Positions 38,984-48,509 of a stretch of 64,000 nucleotides of DNA are shown here, piece after piece (within the stretch, counting starts at the first letter, position 1; every line of letters begins with the position of its first letter). Origin of the DNA: a bacterium (lineage in GTDB: Bacteria > SAR324 > JACQKK01); NCBI GenBank assembly GCA_965205845.1, contig CBDBIG010000003.1, positions 670,305 to 734,304 on the forward strand, written 5' to 3'. Made by a program: the position numbers and the translations under genes. A model generated the notes under the pieces. That model was not told the DNA's origin and made no database searches. It was given only the letters and a program-made list of their open reading frames with translations.

Positions 38984-39943
38984 ATGTCCAAAACGCCCAA
39001 AATACCCGCCACGCCGCCCCCTGAAGAAACCACGGATGAAACTCAATCTGCCAGTGGTTCTGCTGCGGAAGACATGAGCGATTCTGTGTATGTGCCACCG
39101 CCATACGGCCCTCAAGAAGCCCTTGTCGTGATTGGCAAAAAACTGCGCCAGGTACGCGAAGCACGGAGCATGAGCCTTGAAGACTTGGCAGCAATGACCC
39201 GCATTAGCCGTCGTTCTTTACAACGCATTGAAGAAGGGTTGCTCGACAAACTGCCCAACCTCACCTTTGTGCGCGGCTTTATCCGCAATTGCTTAGAGGT
39301 GTATGGCATGGAAGAATCCAGCCTAGCCGAGGAATTGCGTATCTTGGGTGGCGCGAGAAATGGCTACCAGCCACAGAAATTGCATAAAAATGACTATGCG
39401 TGGACCACCACCCTTTTAAAAAAAGAAACATCCCAAATACCACTGCTTAAAATAGTTTCTTATGTGGGGATTGCGGTGGGCCTGTTGTGGGCCGTTTACT
39501 TGTTGTATCCCTTTCATACCCAACTTAAAGAACCCACACCCACAACGGTTGAAGCGGAAAAGGTTGAGCAAAATGCTGGTTTTTCCGCGGGAGGAAGCCT
39601 TGGTTCGACAGTGCCAACCCAACCCACATCTGCCAACCAAGGCTCTAACTCTCAAACACAGACCCCACCTTTGGTGGTGGAAAGTTTGTTGTTGGAGGTC
39701 CACAGTACGGAACGCACGTGGTTACGTCTGTCCATCGATAAGGCACCGCCCGTGGATGTCTTGATTCAAAAAAATCATCGGGCTGTGTGGCGCGCCGAGA
39801 GCGGGTTTCGCCTAATTATTGGCAATACTGCCAACGTGCGTCTGGCTTTAAATGGGGAGAGTATCCCTTTAAAAACCCAGGATGGTCAGCTAAATGCCAA
39901 CCTTATCTTAGACCGTACCATGTTAAGGCAGCTCGAAAACTAA
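38984..39943 (+). CDS. rodZ: Cytoskeleton protein RodZ (HTH-XRE, TM, C-terminal DUF4115).
   Basis: HTH (LRQVREARSMSLEDLAAMTRISRRSLQRIEEG), PNLTFVRGFIRN motif, single TM (IVSYVGIAVGLLWAVYLL) and C-terminal beta domain. Confidence 0.8.
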   Translation: MSKTPKIPATPPPEETTDETQSASGSAAEDMSDSVYVPPPYGPQEALVVIGKKLRQVREARSMSLEDLAAMTRISRRSLQRIEEGLLDKLPNLTFVRGFIRNCLEVYGMEESSLAEELRILGGARNGYQPQKLHKNDYAWTTTLLKKETSQIPLLKIVSYVGIAVGLLWAVYLLYPFHTQLKEPTPTTVEAEKVEQNAGFSAGGSLGSTVPTQPTSANQGSNSQTQTPPLVVESLLLEVHSTERTWLRLSIDKAPPVDVLIQKNHRAVWRAESGFRLIIGNTANVRLALNGESIPLKTQDGQLNANLILDRTMLRQLEN

Positions 39944-39944
39944 C

Positions 39945-40480
39945 TGCCCTTGTGCTCAAAACTGCGGGTCATCAGAGCGTACCATGTTAAGGCACCGCCA
40001 ACTTGTGCTCAAAGCCGCGGGTCATCAGAGCGTACCATGTTAAGGCACCGCCAACTTGTGCTCAAAACTGCGGGTCATCAGAGCGTACCATGTTAAGGCA
40101 CCGCCAACTTGTGCTCAAAACTGCGGGTCATCAGAGCGTACCATGTTAAGGCACCGCCAACTTGTGCTCAAAACTGCGGGTCATCAGAGCGTACCATGTT
40201 AAGGCACCGCCAACTTGTGCTCAAAACTGCGGGTCATCAGAGTGTACCATGTTAAGGCACCGCCAACTTGTGCTCAAAACTGCGGGTCATCAGAGCGTAC
40301 CATGTTAAGGCACCGCCAACTTGTGCTCAAAGCCGCGGGTCATCAGAGTGTACCATGTTAAGGCACCGCCAACTTGTGCTCAAAACTGCGGGTCATCAGA
40401 GTGTACCATGTTAAGGCACCGCCAACTTGTGCTCAAAACTGCGGGTCATCAGAGCGTACCATGTTAAGGCACCGCAAAAA
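39945..40480. repeat. 53-bp tandem repeat x ~10, immediately after the rodZ stop codon; the unit is derived from the rodZ 3' end.
   Basis: 'accatgttaagg' recurs at 39980, 40033, 40086 ... 40457 (period 53). The first unit overlaps the last rodZ codons (cgtaccatgttaaggcagctcgaaaactaa). Variants are aaaactgc/aaagccgc and agagcgt/agagtgt. Confidence 0.9.
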
Positions 40481-40915
40481 CGCATCCTTGTGGTATTTAA
40501 GCACGCGAAACGGGGTCACCAATTTGCCGTTGATGTCGCTTATAAGCACTTCACATTTTGCTGGTTTTTGTCGGGCAAAAAACATCTGGGCTGCCCCCAT
40601 AAAGGACTCAGCAATAACATGTGTGTCGCACGCCATCTAATGATGGCGCCCAACCTTTTTGCAAAGCCTATGCGCTTAACATGGCTTTATCTCCGCCTTG
40701 CCTGCCCAACGCCCGCTCATGGGGAGGCTTTTTTGGTTGGTAAAGGGGATGGATGAAGAGGCAGCATCAAGTTTTGCGTGTATGCTTCGGGGTCGCCCTG
40801 CAGGCACATGGAGATCCCTGCGCCGCCAAATGAGGACACCGATGATGCTCCTTTGAAGAGGTGAGTGCTTTTGGGCGCACAAAAGCAGCTGTAAGAGGGC
40901 TTAGAGCGGGTGCGA

Positions 40916-41743
40916 TTAGCGTGAAGCGCAAGCCTTTTTAGGGGGTTTTTGCACGGTGGATTTTTCTTTGCTAAATTTTACATTGGCCACCCAGCTGGTA
41001 AAACTGCCGAGGGTGTTATCTGCATCGGCTGCAATGGCAAGCATGACACGGGATGGTAGGGGTTGGTGGTAGGCCTTTTTGTAGTCGCGGGCAAGGTTTT
41101 GTTGATGCATGCGCCATTTGCCTACATGGTGTTTGCCGCGGTCTAAAGCAATCAAGCGCACGCGCTCTGCATAAGGGCTAACCATCACTTTATGCAAGGG
41201 GATCTGCCGACTCCAAACGTAGGTTAGCACGGCGTGAGGGATCGCTTCGCCAGGAAAATGGCGCCCTTCCGACTTTAAGCGCTGAAAAGCAAGCCTGTCG
41301 AGCCACGTGGCGTTTTTTTGGCTTTGCGGAAAAAGGATCATCATGCGAATGGGTGTGTCGTCCCCCTCTTTTGTGCGCAAATCGCTTTTCGGTAACATGT
41401 TACTCACCTTCCATTCCCAGCGCAACCAAGGGGTACGCTGTGGATTGAATGCGTGAAGCCACACAAGGCCGCTTCCGCCGCTTTTTGAGGTGATCTGCAA
41501 GCTGTTTTTGCCATCCACACACACCTCGGCAAACTGGTTTGGGTGCTTTGTTGGGGTAAAAACAACATGTTGCCAACGGTTTGTAAGGGCAGGTTGGGGG
41601 AAATGGACACGAAATTTTTCCAAGACCCTTGGTGCATCACGCAAGGGTCGGGCAGCCCACACCACAAAATGTGGCGCGCAACCAAGCAAAGTTGCAATTA
41701 CCACCCACCCAACCCGTAAAAAGGTTTTTTGAATCGTCAGCAT
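40916..41743 (-). CDS. DUF3047-like secreted protein of unknown function.
   Basis: 275 aa with N-terminal signal/TM. The family assignment is by eye (signal peptide plus conserved W/DD..P.R blocks), low certainty. Confidence 0.5.
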   Translation of the reverse strand: MLTIQKTFLRVGWVVIATLLGCAPHFVVWAARPLRDAPRVLEKFRVHFPQPALTNRWQHVVFTPTKHPNQFAEVCVDGKNSLQITSKSGGSGLVWLHAFNPQRTPWLRWEWKVSNMLPKSDLRTKEGDDTPIRMMILFPQSQKNATWLDRLAFQRLKSEGRHFPGEAIPHAVLTYVWSRQIPLHKVMVSPYAERVRLIALDRGKHHVGKWRMHQQNLARDYKKAYHQPLPSRVMLAIAADADNTLGSFTSWVANVKFSKEKSTVQKPPKKACASR

Positions 41744-41763
41744 GGGTCTACAATTTTTTTGGG

Positions 41764-42663
41764 TTAGGTAAGGCCGCGTTTGGCGATGGTATCTGCCAGT
41801 TCAAGGAGTATTTTTGCGCGTTCCCACACGGGAACATCGACCATTTTTCCGTTGACCGTAATCGCGCCCACCCCTTTGGCAAGGGCTTCTTCGTAGGCCT
41901 GTACAATCTGTTGGGCCTGTTCAACCTCTTGGGTAGTGGGCCCAAAGCAGGCGTTGCACACTTTAACCTGGTTGGGGTGAATGCAAGAAGCACCTTGAAA
42001 TCCAAAATTTCTTGAACGCTGCATGATCCGTGTCAAGGCTTTTGTATCGTTAAAACGGGCAATCGAACCAATAAAACCCATGGGACGCACATCTGCTGCG
42101 CGTGCTGCAATCACGGCCAGTTGTTTGGGCATTTGCAGTATTTCTGCCTGGGGTTCGATGCGTAAATCGGTGGCAAAGTCCTCCGAACCCAAACCTATGG
42201 CAGCCACCCTTGGGTGGGCCGCCGCAATCGCGTTGATGCGGGTAAAGCCCTTGGCTGTTTCAACTTGCAAAAAAAAGCGGATTTTACCTGTGGGTATACC
42301 GCGTTCTCGTTCTAATTCGTCTACCACCTTGGCGACCTCTTGCACGTGTTCGGGGCTGTCGACCATGGGCAAGGTAAGGGCTGTAATGTGTGGGTTTATG
42401 GTGGCTTCAAGGTCGGCAACGGCCAAACGCCAAGGGCGGTTAATGCGCACAAAGACATCGTGCCCTGCCGCGGCGTAATCCTTGGCGATATCGCCCGCCA
42501 CTGCCCGTGCAGCACTTTTTTGGTTTGGGGCAATGCTGTCTTCAAGATCAAGCATTAACGCATCGGCACCAACCATGGGGGCTTTTTGCACAAAGCGGTC
42601 AACCAAAACGGGTACAAACAAAATGGAGCGCCAAAAGGGTTGGCTAGAAACGTTGTTTGGCAT
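41764..42663 (-). CDS. HpcH/HpaI aldolase / citrate lyase beta-subunit (CitE)-like acyl-CoA lyase.
   Basis: SILFVP...GADALMLDLEDSIAP..K..A pattern typical of CitE/malyl-CoA lyase. The ORF opens at 42705; the likely start is MPNNVS. Confidence 0.7.
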   Translation of the reverse strand: MPNNVSSQPFWRSILFVPVLVDRFVQKAPMVGADALMLDLEDSIAPNQKSAARAVAGDIAKDYAAAGHDVFVRINRPWRLAVADLEATINPHITALTLPMVDSPEHVQEVAKVVDELERERGIPTGKIRFFLQVETAKGFTRINAIAAAHPRVAAIGLGSEDFATDLRIEPQAEILQMPKQLAVIAARAADVRPMGFIGSIARFNDTKALTRIMQRSRNFGFQGASCIHPNQVKVCNACFGPTTQEVEQAQQIVQAYEEALAKGVGAITVNGKMVDVPVWERAKILLELADTIAKRGLT

Positions 42664-42824
42664 GGCTTTTTTGAATCGGGCTTTTTGATGCCAGCACCTT
42701 TGCAAAAGGTTTAAAGCGGAAAGGGTTTATCCTTTCAAAAATGGCGATATTGGGGAATGATCTGGCTTTTGTCTATGACAATACGCGCTCTTTTTTTTGA
42801 GCCCTCTTTGCCCAAGGTGCTTCC

Positions 42825-44012
42825 TCAAGGTAAGCCAAGCACGCGCTTGGCGACAATGTTACGCTGTACCTCGCTGGTACCCCCGCGCAGGGTGGCTGCA
42901 CGAATGTTACAAGCATGGCGTGCGGTTTCTCCACGTCTACTCGTTTGCCAATCGACGTCCCACACACACCCCTCCATGCCTTCAATTTCTTGTTGCAATT
43001 CAATAATGCGTTGGTTTAGTTCTGCACCAAACTGTTTAAAAATCATCGTTTCAGGGCCTGGAGCCTCGCCTTTATTGACTTTGCTTAACGCGCGTAACCT
43101 TGTGTAGTAAAGGCAGGACGCGTCCATTTCTAACTGGGTGATACGATGCAAAATGCGCTTGTCGTCCCACATTACGCCATGACCATAGGGTGTTTTACGT
43201 GCACTGCTTTTGAGTTCTGCCAAGGCATTGGTCATAACCAGTGGGTTGGCAGTGGGGTGGGTAAAGCGTTCATGCCCAAGCAAGGCTTTGGCCACCTCCC
43301 AGCCTTTGTGTAACTCACCCACCAAATTTTTGCGGGGAACCTTTACATTTTCGTAAAAGGTCTCATTAAAGTGATGAAAACCATCAAGGGTTCGAATGGG
43401 GCGCACCTCAATCCCTGGGCTATTGCGCTCCACCAGCAAAAAACTAATCCCTTCTTGCTTTCTTTTGGCTTGGGAATCGCTGCGGGCAAGCAAAAAAATC
43501 CAGTGGGCTTCGTGGGCTTTAGACGTCCATATTTTTTGCCCATTGAGCAAAAAATGGTCCTCATATATTTCTGCACGTAACTGCAAGCTCGCCAAATCCG
43601 AACCCGCATCAGGTTCTGAATAGCCTTGAGACCACAGCTCTTCGTGGTACATAATGGGCTTCAAGAAGCGTTTTTTTTGTGCCTCGGTGCCGTAGCGAAT
43701 CAAAACAGGCCCCAGCATGATCATGCCCGTTGTCCGAAAATCCGGCACACCTCCACGGTCGCACTCATCATAAAAAACCACCAACTGCTGAAAACTAAAC
43801 CCAGCACCACCGTATTTTTTAGGCCATGCGGGGGCGAGCCAGTGCTTTTTCTCAAGTGCACGCATGAGCAAGCGTGTGTCCTCATGGGAAATTCCAGGCC
43901 CTTGTACAATACCTTGGCGTCGCTTTTTTAGGTGTGCGGGGACATCGTTGGCGATCCAAACTTGTACTTCTTCACGAAATGCAGCCATTTCGGGGGTATC
44001 TTGTAGATTCAT
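42825..44012 (-). CDS. Acyl-CoA dehydrogenase.
   Basis: 395 aa, ACAD N/M/C domains (SEPDAGSDLASLQ, TSEVQRNIVAKRVLGLP). Confidence 0.85.
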   Translation of the reverse strand: MNLQDTPEMAAFREEVQVWIANDVPAHLKKRRQGIVQGPGISHEDTRLLMRALEKKHWLAPAWPKKYGGAGFSFQQLVVFYDECDRGGVPDFRTTGMIMLGPVLIRYGTEAQKKRFLKPIMYHEELWSQGYSEPDAGSDLASLQLRAEIYEDHFLLNGQKIWTSKAHEAHWIFLLARSDSQAKRKQEGISFLLVERNSPGIEVRPIRTLDGFHHFNETFYENVKVPRKNLVGELHKGWEVAKALLGHERFTHPTANPLVMTNALAELKSSARKTPYGHGVMWDDKRILHRITQLEMDASCLYYTRLRALSKVNKGEAPGPETMIFKQFGAELNQRIIELQQEIEGMEGCVWDVDWQTSRRGETARHACNIRAATLRGGTSEVQRNIVAKRVLGLP

Positions 44013-44391
44013 AGATCAACGGTCGGCTATTTTTAGCGATTTATGGTGAATACGGCGTATTTTAGCCCACGGTTGGAAAACAAAAGGCAAATAATATCCG
44101 CAGAGTCATGGCTAGAAATGTTCAAAAAGCCCTTTTAGTAAAAAATTGCGCCTCTTACATCTTGTATTTTGGAAACCCTGCTTTGGAGCGCAGGACCTCG
44201 CGGCCTTGGGGTTTGCGCATAAAGGGTTTATTCCATTCGAACTTATGAGTATACTACACCGCAAGGAAGTCGCGCAATAAAGCGTACGCGAGGTATTGTA
44301 TAAAGCCTCGTTTAAAAGCACGCGAGTAAAGTGGCAAAGGAGGCGCACAGCCCATGAACGCTGAGCAGTTCTCTTGGCTGTGCCCTTTGTT

Positions 44392-44889
44392 TTAAAGGTG
44401 CGCCTTGTTTTGCGGTGCTTGTTTAAAACTTTGCTCCCAGCGCCCCAGTACTTTTTTTAAGCGTTCCGGAGCAAAGCCGAGCTGTGTCAGGGCGCAACCC
44501 CCAGGAAAGGATTCGGTGTAATGGGCAATTTGCCCCTGAGATAGCACAAAGCGGCTCATTCCCTCCACCACCACCCTTTTGCCCTGGCAACCTGCCAACA
44601 AAGAGGTGTAGCTAAAGGTCCAGCGCGCATAGCCAAACTTGCCATTTGTTGCGGGTTCGCGCATGCTCCAGCGAAAGTCCTTTGCATCTTGATGAAACCT
44701 CTCGAGCATGTTTGCAATGGCAGCGGGGCTGGTGAAATCACCGTAAAAAGTGTCGTGATACACTCCGTCTGGGGTAAACAATGCCCCCAAAGCGGTGCCA
44801 TCGGCTTGCTCAACGGCAGCTGTAAAGCGCTTGAGCAGGGCTTCAAATGCAGCGTGTTCCATGGGTTTTTCCAACTCCTTATCAGTCAC
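44392..44889 (-). CDS. SnoaL/NTF2-like small protein (ketosteroid-isomerase-like fold).
   Basis: 165 aa; pattern FTPDGVYHD...W.F typical of the SnoaL-like/DUF4440 fold; low certainty. Confidence 0.45.
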   Translation of the reverse strand: MTDKELEKPMEHAAFEALLKRFTAAVEQADGTALGALFTPDGVYHDTFYGDFTSPAAIANMLERFHQDAKDFRWSMREPATNGKFGYARWTFSYTSLLAGCQGKRVVVEGMSRFVLSQGQIAHYTESFPGGCALTQLGFAPERLKKVLGRWEQSFKQAPQNKAHL

Positions 44890-45154
44890 CTTGTGTGGTA
44901 CTTTATATTGTGTGGTACTTCCACCTGTATTTTTTTACAGTGGGTTGCCCTGATGGCATGCTAGGGCGATCTCTCACCCCAAACCCCAGCCTATCTCGAA
45001 GGGCGGGACGGTATCTTTGCCTCCATGTCTTTGCCTCCACGAAAAACAAGCCCCCCACCAAGGGCAGTCATAAAAGCAACGCAGCGGCCAAGGCAAGAAG
45101 CAATTTGATACGGCAGACGGCAGTCAAACACCCCCACGTTGACACTGTTTTTAC

Positions 45155-46186
45155 CTAGGCCAGGGGTTTGGGCTCTAAAAGCAGTTCCCCAATTTGGACG
45201 GCATTCAAGGCCGCTCCTTTCAGCAGTTGATCGGACACCACCCATAAATCCAAGGTATTGGGTTGGCTGATATCTTGGCGAATGCGCCCCACAAATACAG
45301 GGTCTTTACCTGAGGCAAACAGCGGGGTTGCCCATTGATTATTGGCGCGGTCTTCGTACACTTCCACACCTTGTGCTTCTTTCAGCACCGCATAGGCCTG
45401 CTCGGGGATTACCTGGGCGTTAAATTCGATGTTTAGTGCCTCTGCGTGTGCACGCAGCACGGGTACGCGCACGCAGGTGGCGTGGACCTTAAAGGCGTTG
45501 TCGCCTATCATTTTGCGTGTTTCGCGAACCATTTTGAGCTCTTCCTCACAAAAGCCGTTGTCGTCCAAGGGGCTATTGTGAGGAAACAGGTTAAAGCCGT
45601 AGTCGTAAGGGAACTCTTTGGGGGCGAACTTTGTGCCCTCCAAACGTGCCTTGGTGGCCTGTTGCAATTCCTCCATTGCAGCAGCACCTGCACCGCTGGC
45701 CGCTTGATAGGTGGTAGCCACCACGCGCTTTACCCCAAAGGCACGGTGCAAAGGGGCTAATGGGGTCAGCATCGCAATGGTTGAGCAATTAGGAACCGCC
45801 AAAATACCTTGATGCTGTTTCACGCATTCGGGATTGACCTCGGGAATTACCAATGGCGTCGTAGCATCCATGCGAAAAGCACTCGAATTGTCAATCACCA
45901 CCGCCCCCGCCTTGACGGCATGGGGAGCAAAGGCTAGGCTGCGTGCGCCTCCCGCGCTAAAAAAAGCAATTTCCACACCCTTAAACGCGTCCTCTTGCAA
46001 GGTTTCAACCCCATGAGGTCTGCCTTGAAAAACGAGTTCCTTTCCCTGGCTTCGCGCAGAAGCCAGTAAGGTCATCTTTCGCACGGGAAAGTCGCGCCTC
46101 TCCAAAACCCGTAACAGTTCCTGCCCAACTGCCCCCGTCGCCCCAACAACGGCAACGTGATTTCCACGTGTACTTACCATGCGCAC
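45155..46186 (-). CDS. asd: Aspartate-semialdehyde dehydrogenase.
   Basis: VAVVGATGAVGQELL N-terminus, active-site region NCSTIAM, 343 aa. Confidence 0.9.
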   Translation of the reverse strand: MRMVSTRGNHVAVVGATGAVGQELLRVLERRDFPVRKMTLLASARSQGKELVFQGRPHGVETLQEDAFKGVEIAFFSAGGARSLAFAPHAVKAGAVVIDNSSAFRMDATTPLVIPEVNPECVKQHQGILAVPNCSTIAMLTPLAPLHRAFGVKRVVATTYQAASGAGAAAMEELQQATKARLEGTKFAPKEFPYDYGFNLFPHNSPLDDNGFCEEELKMVRETRKMIGDNAFKVHATCVRVPVLRAHAEALNIEFNAQVIPEQAYAVLKEAQGVEVYEDRANNQWATPLFASGKDPVFVGRIRQDISQPNTLDLWVVSDQLLKGAALNAVQIGELLLEPKPLA

Positions 46187-46210
46187 TTCTTCAGCCGTTC
46201 CCGATAAAAC

Positions 46211-46864
46211 TTAGTGTTCAAAAACATCAACCCGCCAGGCGTCGTCGTCGCAATGGTAACCATTCATCAGCAACTCGACCAAAGTAGGCAGGTGTTCTTG
46301 GCATTTTCGGTTGATCTCCTCGACACTTATCCCGCTGGGCAGTTGCCCGCGCGCCTTAACCATCTCGCTCAATTTGTCGTAAATAGTCAACAAATCCAGG
46401 ACATCGTTGGCTGCATATTGCAACTGCTCGGGGCTTAGATCTTTGCTCGTCCAATCCGAGCTTCCCGCCCCTTTGGGCAGTTCACGCCCCATGATTTCGA
46501 GGGTAAGCGCGGCAAGGCTGTGCTTGCCGGTATAGGTACGGATCAGCTTGCTCATCACCTTGGTGCAACGCACATTGTTCACTTCAATCTCGAAGCAGGT
46601 GCGTAAAAACGCAACATCGGCCAGCGCGTAATGAAACACTTTACGAATTTTTCCATTTTCGAACAGTGTTTTTAAATTGGGTGGGCAAGACCTTTTGTGG
46701 GCAGTGTGAACCATGTTCACCAAACCTTCTCTATCGCACACCTGAACCAAACACACAGCATCCCGATACAAATGTAGGCCCTGCAATTCTGTATCTACAG
46801 CAACACACCCTCCCCTTTCGTATTGCTCCAAGTCTTCGGGGGAAATATCACATTGAATCTTCAC
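46211..46864 (-). CDS. 3'-5' exonuclease domain protein (RNase D/DEDDy family).
   Basis: VAVDTE...(Exo I) and H/YALADV (Exo III-like) blocks; 217 aa. Confidence 0.65.
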   Translation of the reverse strand: MKIQCDISPEDLEQYERGGCVAVDTELQGLHLYRDAVCLVQVCDREGLVNMVHTAHKRSCPPNLKTLFENGKIRKVFHYALADVAFLRTCFEIEVNNVRCTKVMSKLIRTYTGKHSLAALTLEIMGRELPKGAGSSDWTSKDLSPEQLQYAANDVLDLLTIYDKLSEMVKARGQLPSGISVEEINRKCQEHLPTLVELLMNGYHCDDDAWRVDVFEH

Positions 46865-47277
46865 TTAAAATTATCTATCGCTCCGCATAAATTTGACGTA
46901 GATTCACGAATGAGGACCATTATGCTAGCGTTGACCAAGTGATGTATTGTTGTGCCCGTAACAACAGCATATGGAATCGCTCCCCATATTCAACGCACAA
47001 CAAAAAATAAAATACCAACGTGGGCATTGCAATCTGTAAACCAAAAAACGGTGACCGTGCCCCATTCTAACTGATCGGGGCATCTTACGTCTAACTTAAA
47101 CCCGTTACCACCCAACATTATTTATTTTTAATTCATTTATGGTTTGGTTTAGGCGCGCGCTGCGGTGGTTTTCGTAAAACCGCTTGAGCCACCACGGCAT
47201 CGTCGCGACTGGCTTGGATCTCCCTTTTGGTGTATTCTTTTACTATGGAACGCGTAAAGTACGCCAGCGAGCCGTGT

Positions 47278-47781
47278 TTATGTGCCCTCTTGTATGTCAT
47301 TAAATTCCGCATAAATCACCTTGGTAATTTCGACCTCAATGGTGCCCTTAGGAATTTGTATGTTGACAACATCGCCTTCTTCTTTGCCAATGAGTGCCTT
47401 GCCAATGGGTGTTTGAAAGGAAATGCGCCCGAGTTTAAGGTTGGCTTCTTCGGGGCCCACAATTTGATAGGTAATCTCTTCTTCTGTATCCGTGTTAATC
47501 ATGGTTACAGTGGCTCCAAAAGCAACATGACTGCTGGCGGTTTTGTCAATTTCAACCACTTGCAAATGGGGAAGTTTCGCGTTAATTTCTTGGATGCGGC
47601 CCTCAATAAAGCCCTGTCGCTCTTTGGCGGCGTGGTATTCTGCATTTTCGCGCAGGTCGCCATGCTCGCGTGCTTCAGAAATTTGGCGCTGAATAGCGGG
47701 GCGTTCGATCGACAAAAGGGTGGTGAGTTCCTTTTTAAGGCGCTCTGCGCCTTGTTTTGTAATGGGAATACGGTCAACCAT
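47278..47781 (-). CDS. greA: Transcription elongation factor GreA.
   Basis: MVDRIPITKQGAERLKKEL...EAREHGDLRENAEYHAAKERQGFIEGRI...; ~60% identical by eye to E. coli GreA. The ORF opens further upstream (47985) but the GreA start is at 47781. Confidence 0.9.
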   Translation of the reverse strand: MVDRIPITKQGAERLKKELTTLLSIERPAIQRQISEAREHGDLRENAEYHAAKERQGFIEGRIQEINAKLPHLQVVEIDKTASSHVAFGATVTMINTDTEEEITYQIVGPEEANLKLGRISFQTPIGKALIGKEEGDVVNIQIPKGTIEVEITKVIYAEFNDIQEGT

Positions 47782-48509
47782 GGGCAGCTTACAAATCCAT
47801 AAAAACGAACGGTTTTTAAAATGACAGGTGCGGCATCGCCTCTCAAGCAAGCCACGCTCTAGCATGGCGGTAAAACGACGGGACCACCCGCTCGTGTAAA
47901 CAGAAAATCTTCCACCAAAGCATGCCGATTGGACGACTAAAAAAAGCCATCTGATTAATGATACTCTAGAGTATGTACCACACACTCACCAAGCAATCAA
48001 AAAGTACTACTTAAGGGAGGCGTGTCATGGAACCACCAGGGATTGTTCTGCCCGGAGCACTGCAAGGGGCTTATGCGCATCTTATCACCCACCCCAGTTA
48101 TTATTTTTTTTATGGTCTCTATGCCGATTATGTACGTAACAATGCCTGGTTTTCGCTCCGTGAGCGTGCCCAACGCATTGGGCGGATGCTCCATACAGTT
48201 CGCCCCTTAATGGCCTTAGAACCCGCTTTTCGCAAGAGCTTGCCCATGCGCTTGTTCAGCCGTAGAGAGCGTCTTAAGCTGGGGCATCCGCGCGATGTAA
48301 GCGTGGCGTGGCGTGGCTTGCAGCAATTGGTTGCCACCTTAGGCACACCTGAGTTCGCGCAGCCGATACGTGAACGAACAAACAACCCGCACCCAGCAAG
48401 GCAAGGGTTAATCGCCCCCAGGGTTCATGTCTTGCATTGCGCCTTGCCGTTACACACACACCAGCCCTTACGCAAGGCACACGCTTTGAGCCCTTTTTGC
48501 TACAGGCTG

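Noticed and set aside
39945-40756. ORFs 40374..40640 and 40427..40756 (+), 40433..40636 (-), and possible CRISPR array
   Set aside because: The 53-bp units are contiguous with no unique spacers, so this is not CRISPR. The plus-strand ORFs are repeat read-through. The 67-aa minus-strand ORF runs into the repeat and has no recognisable family; left unannotated.
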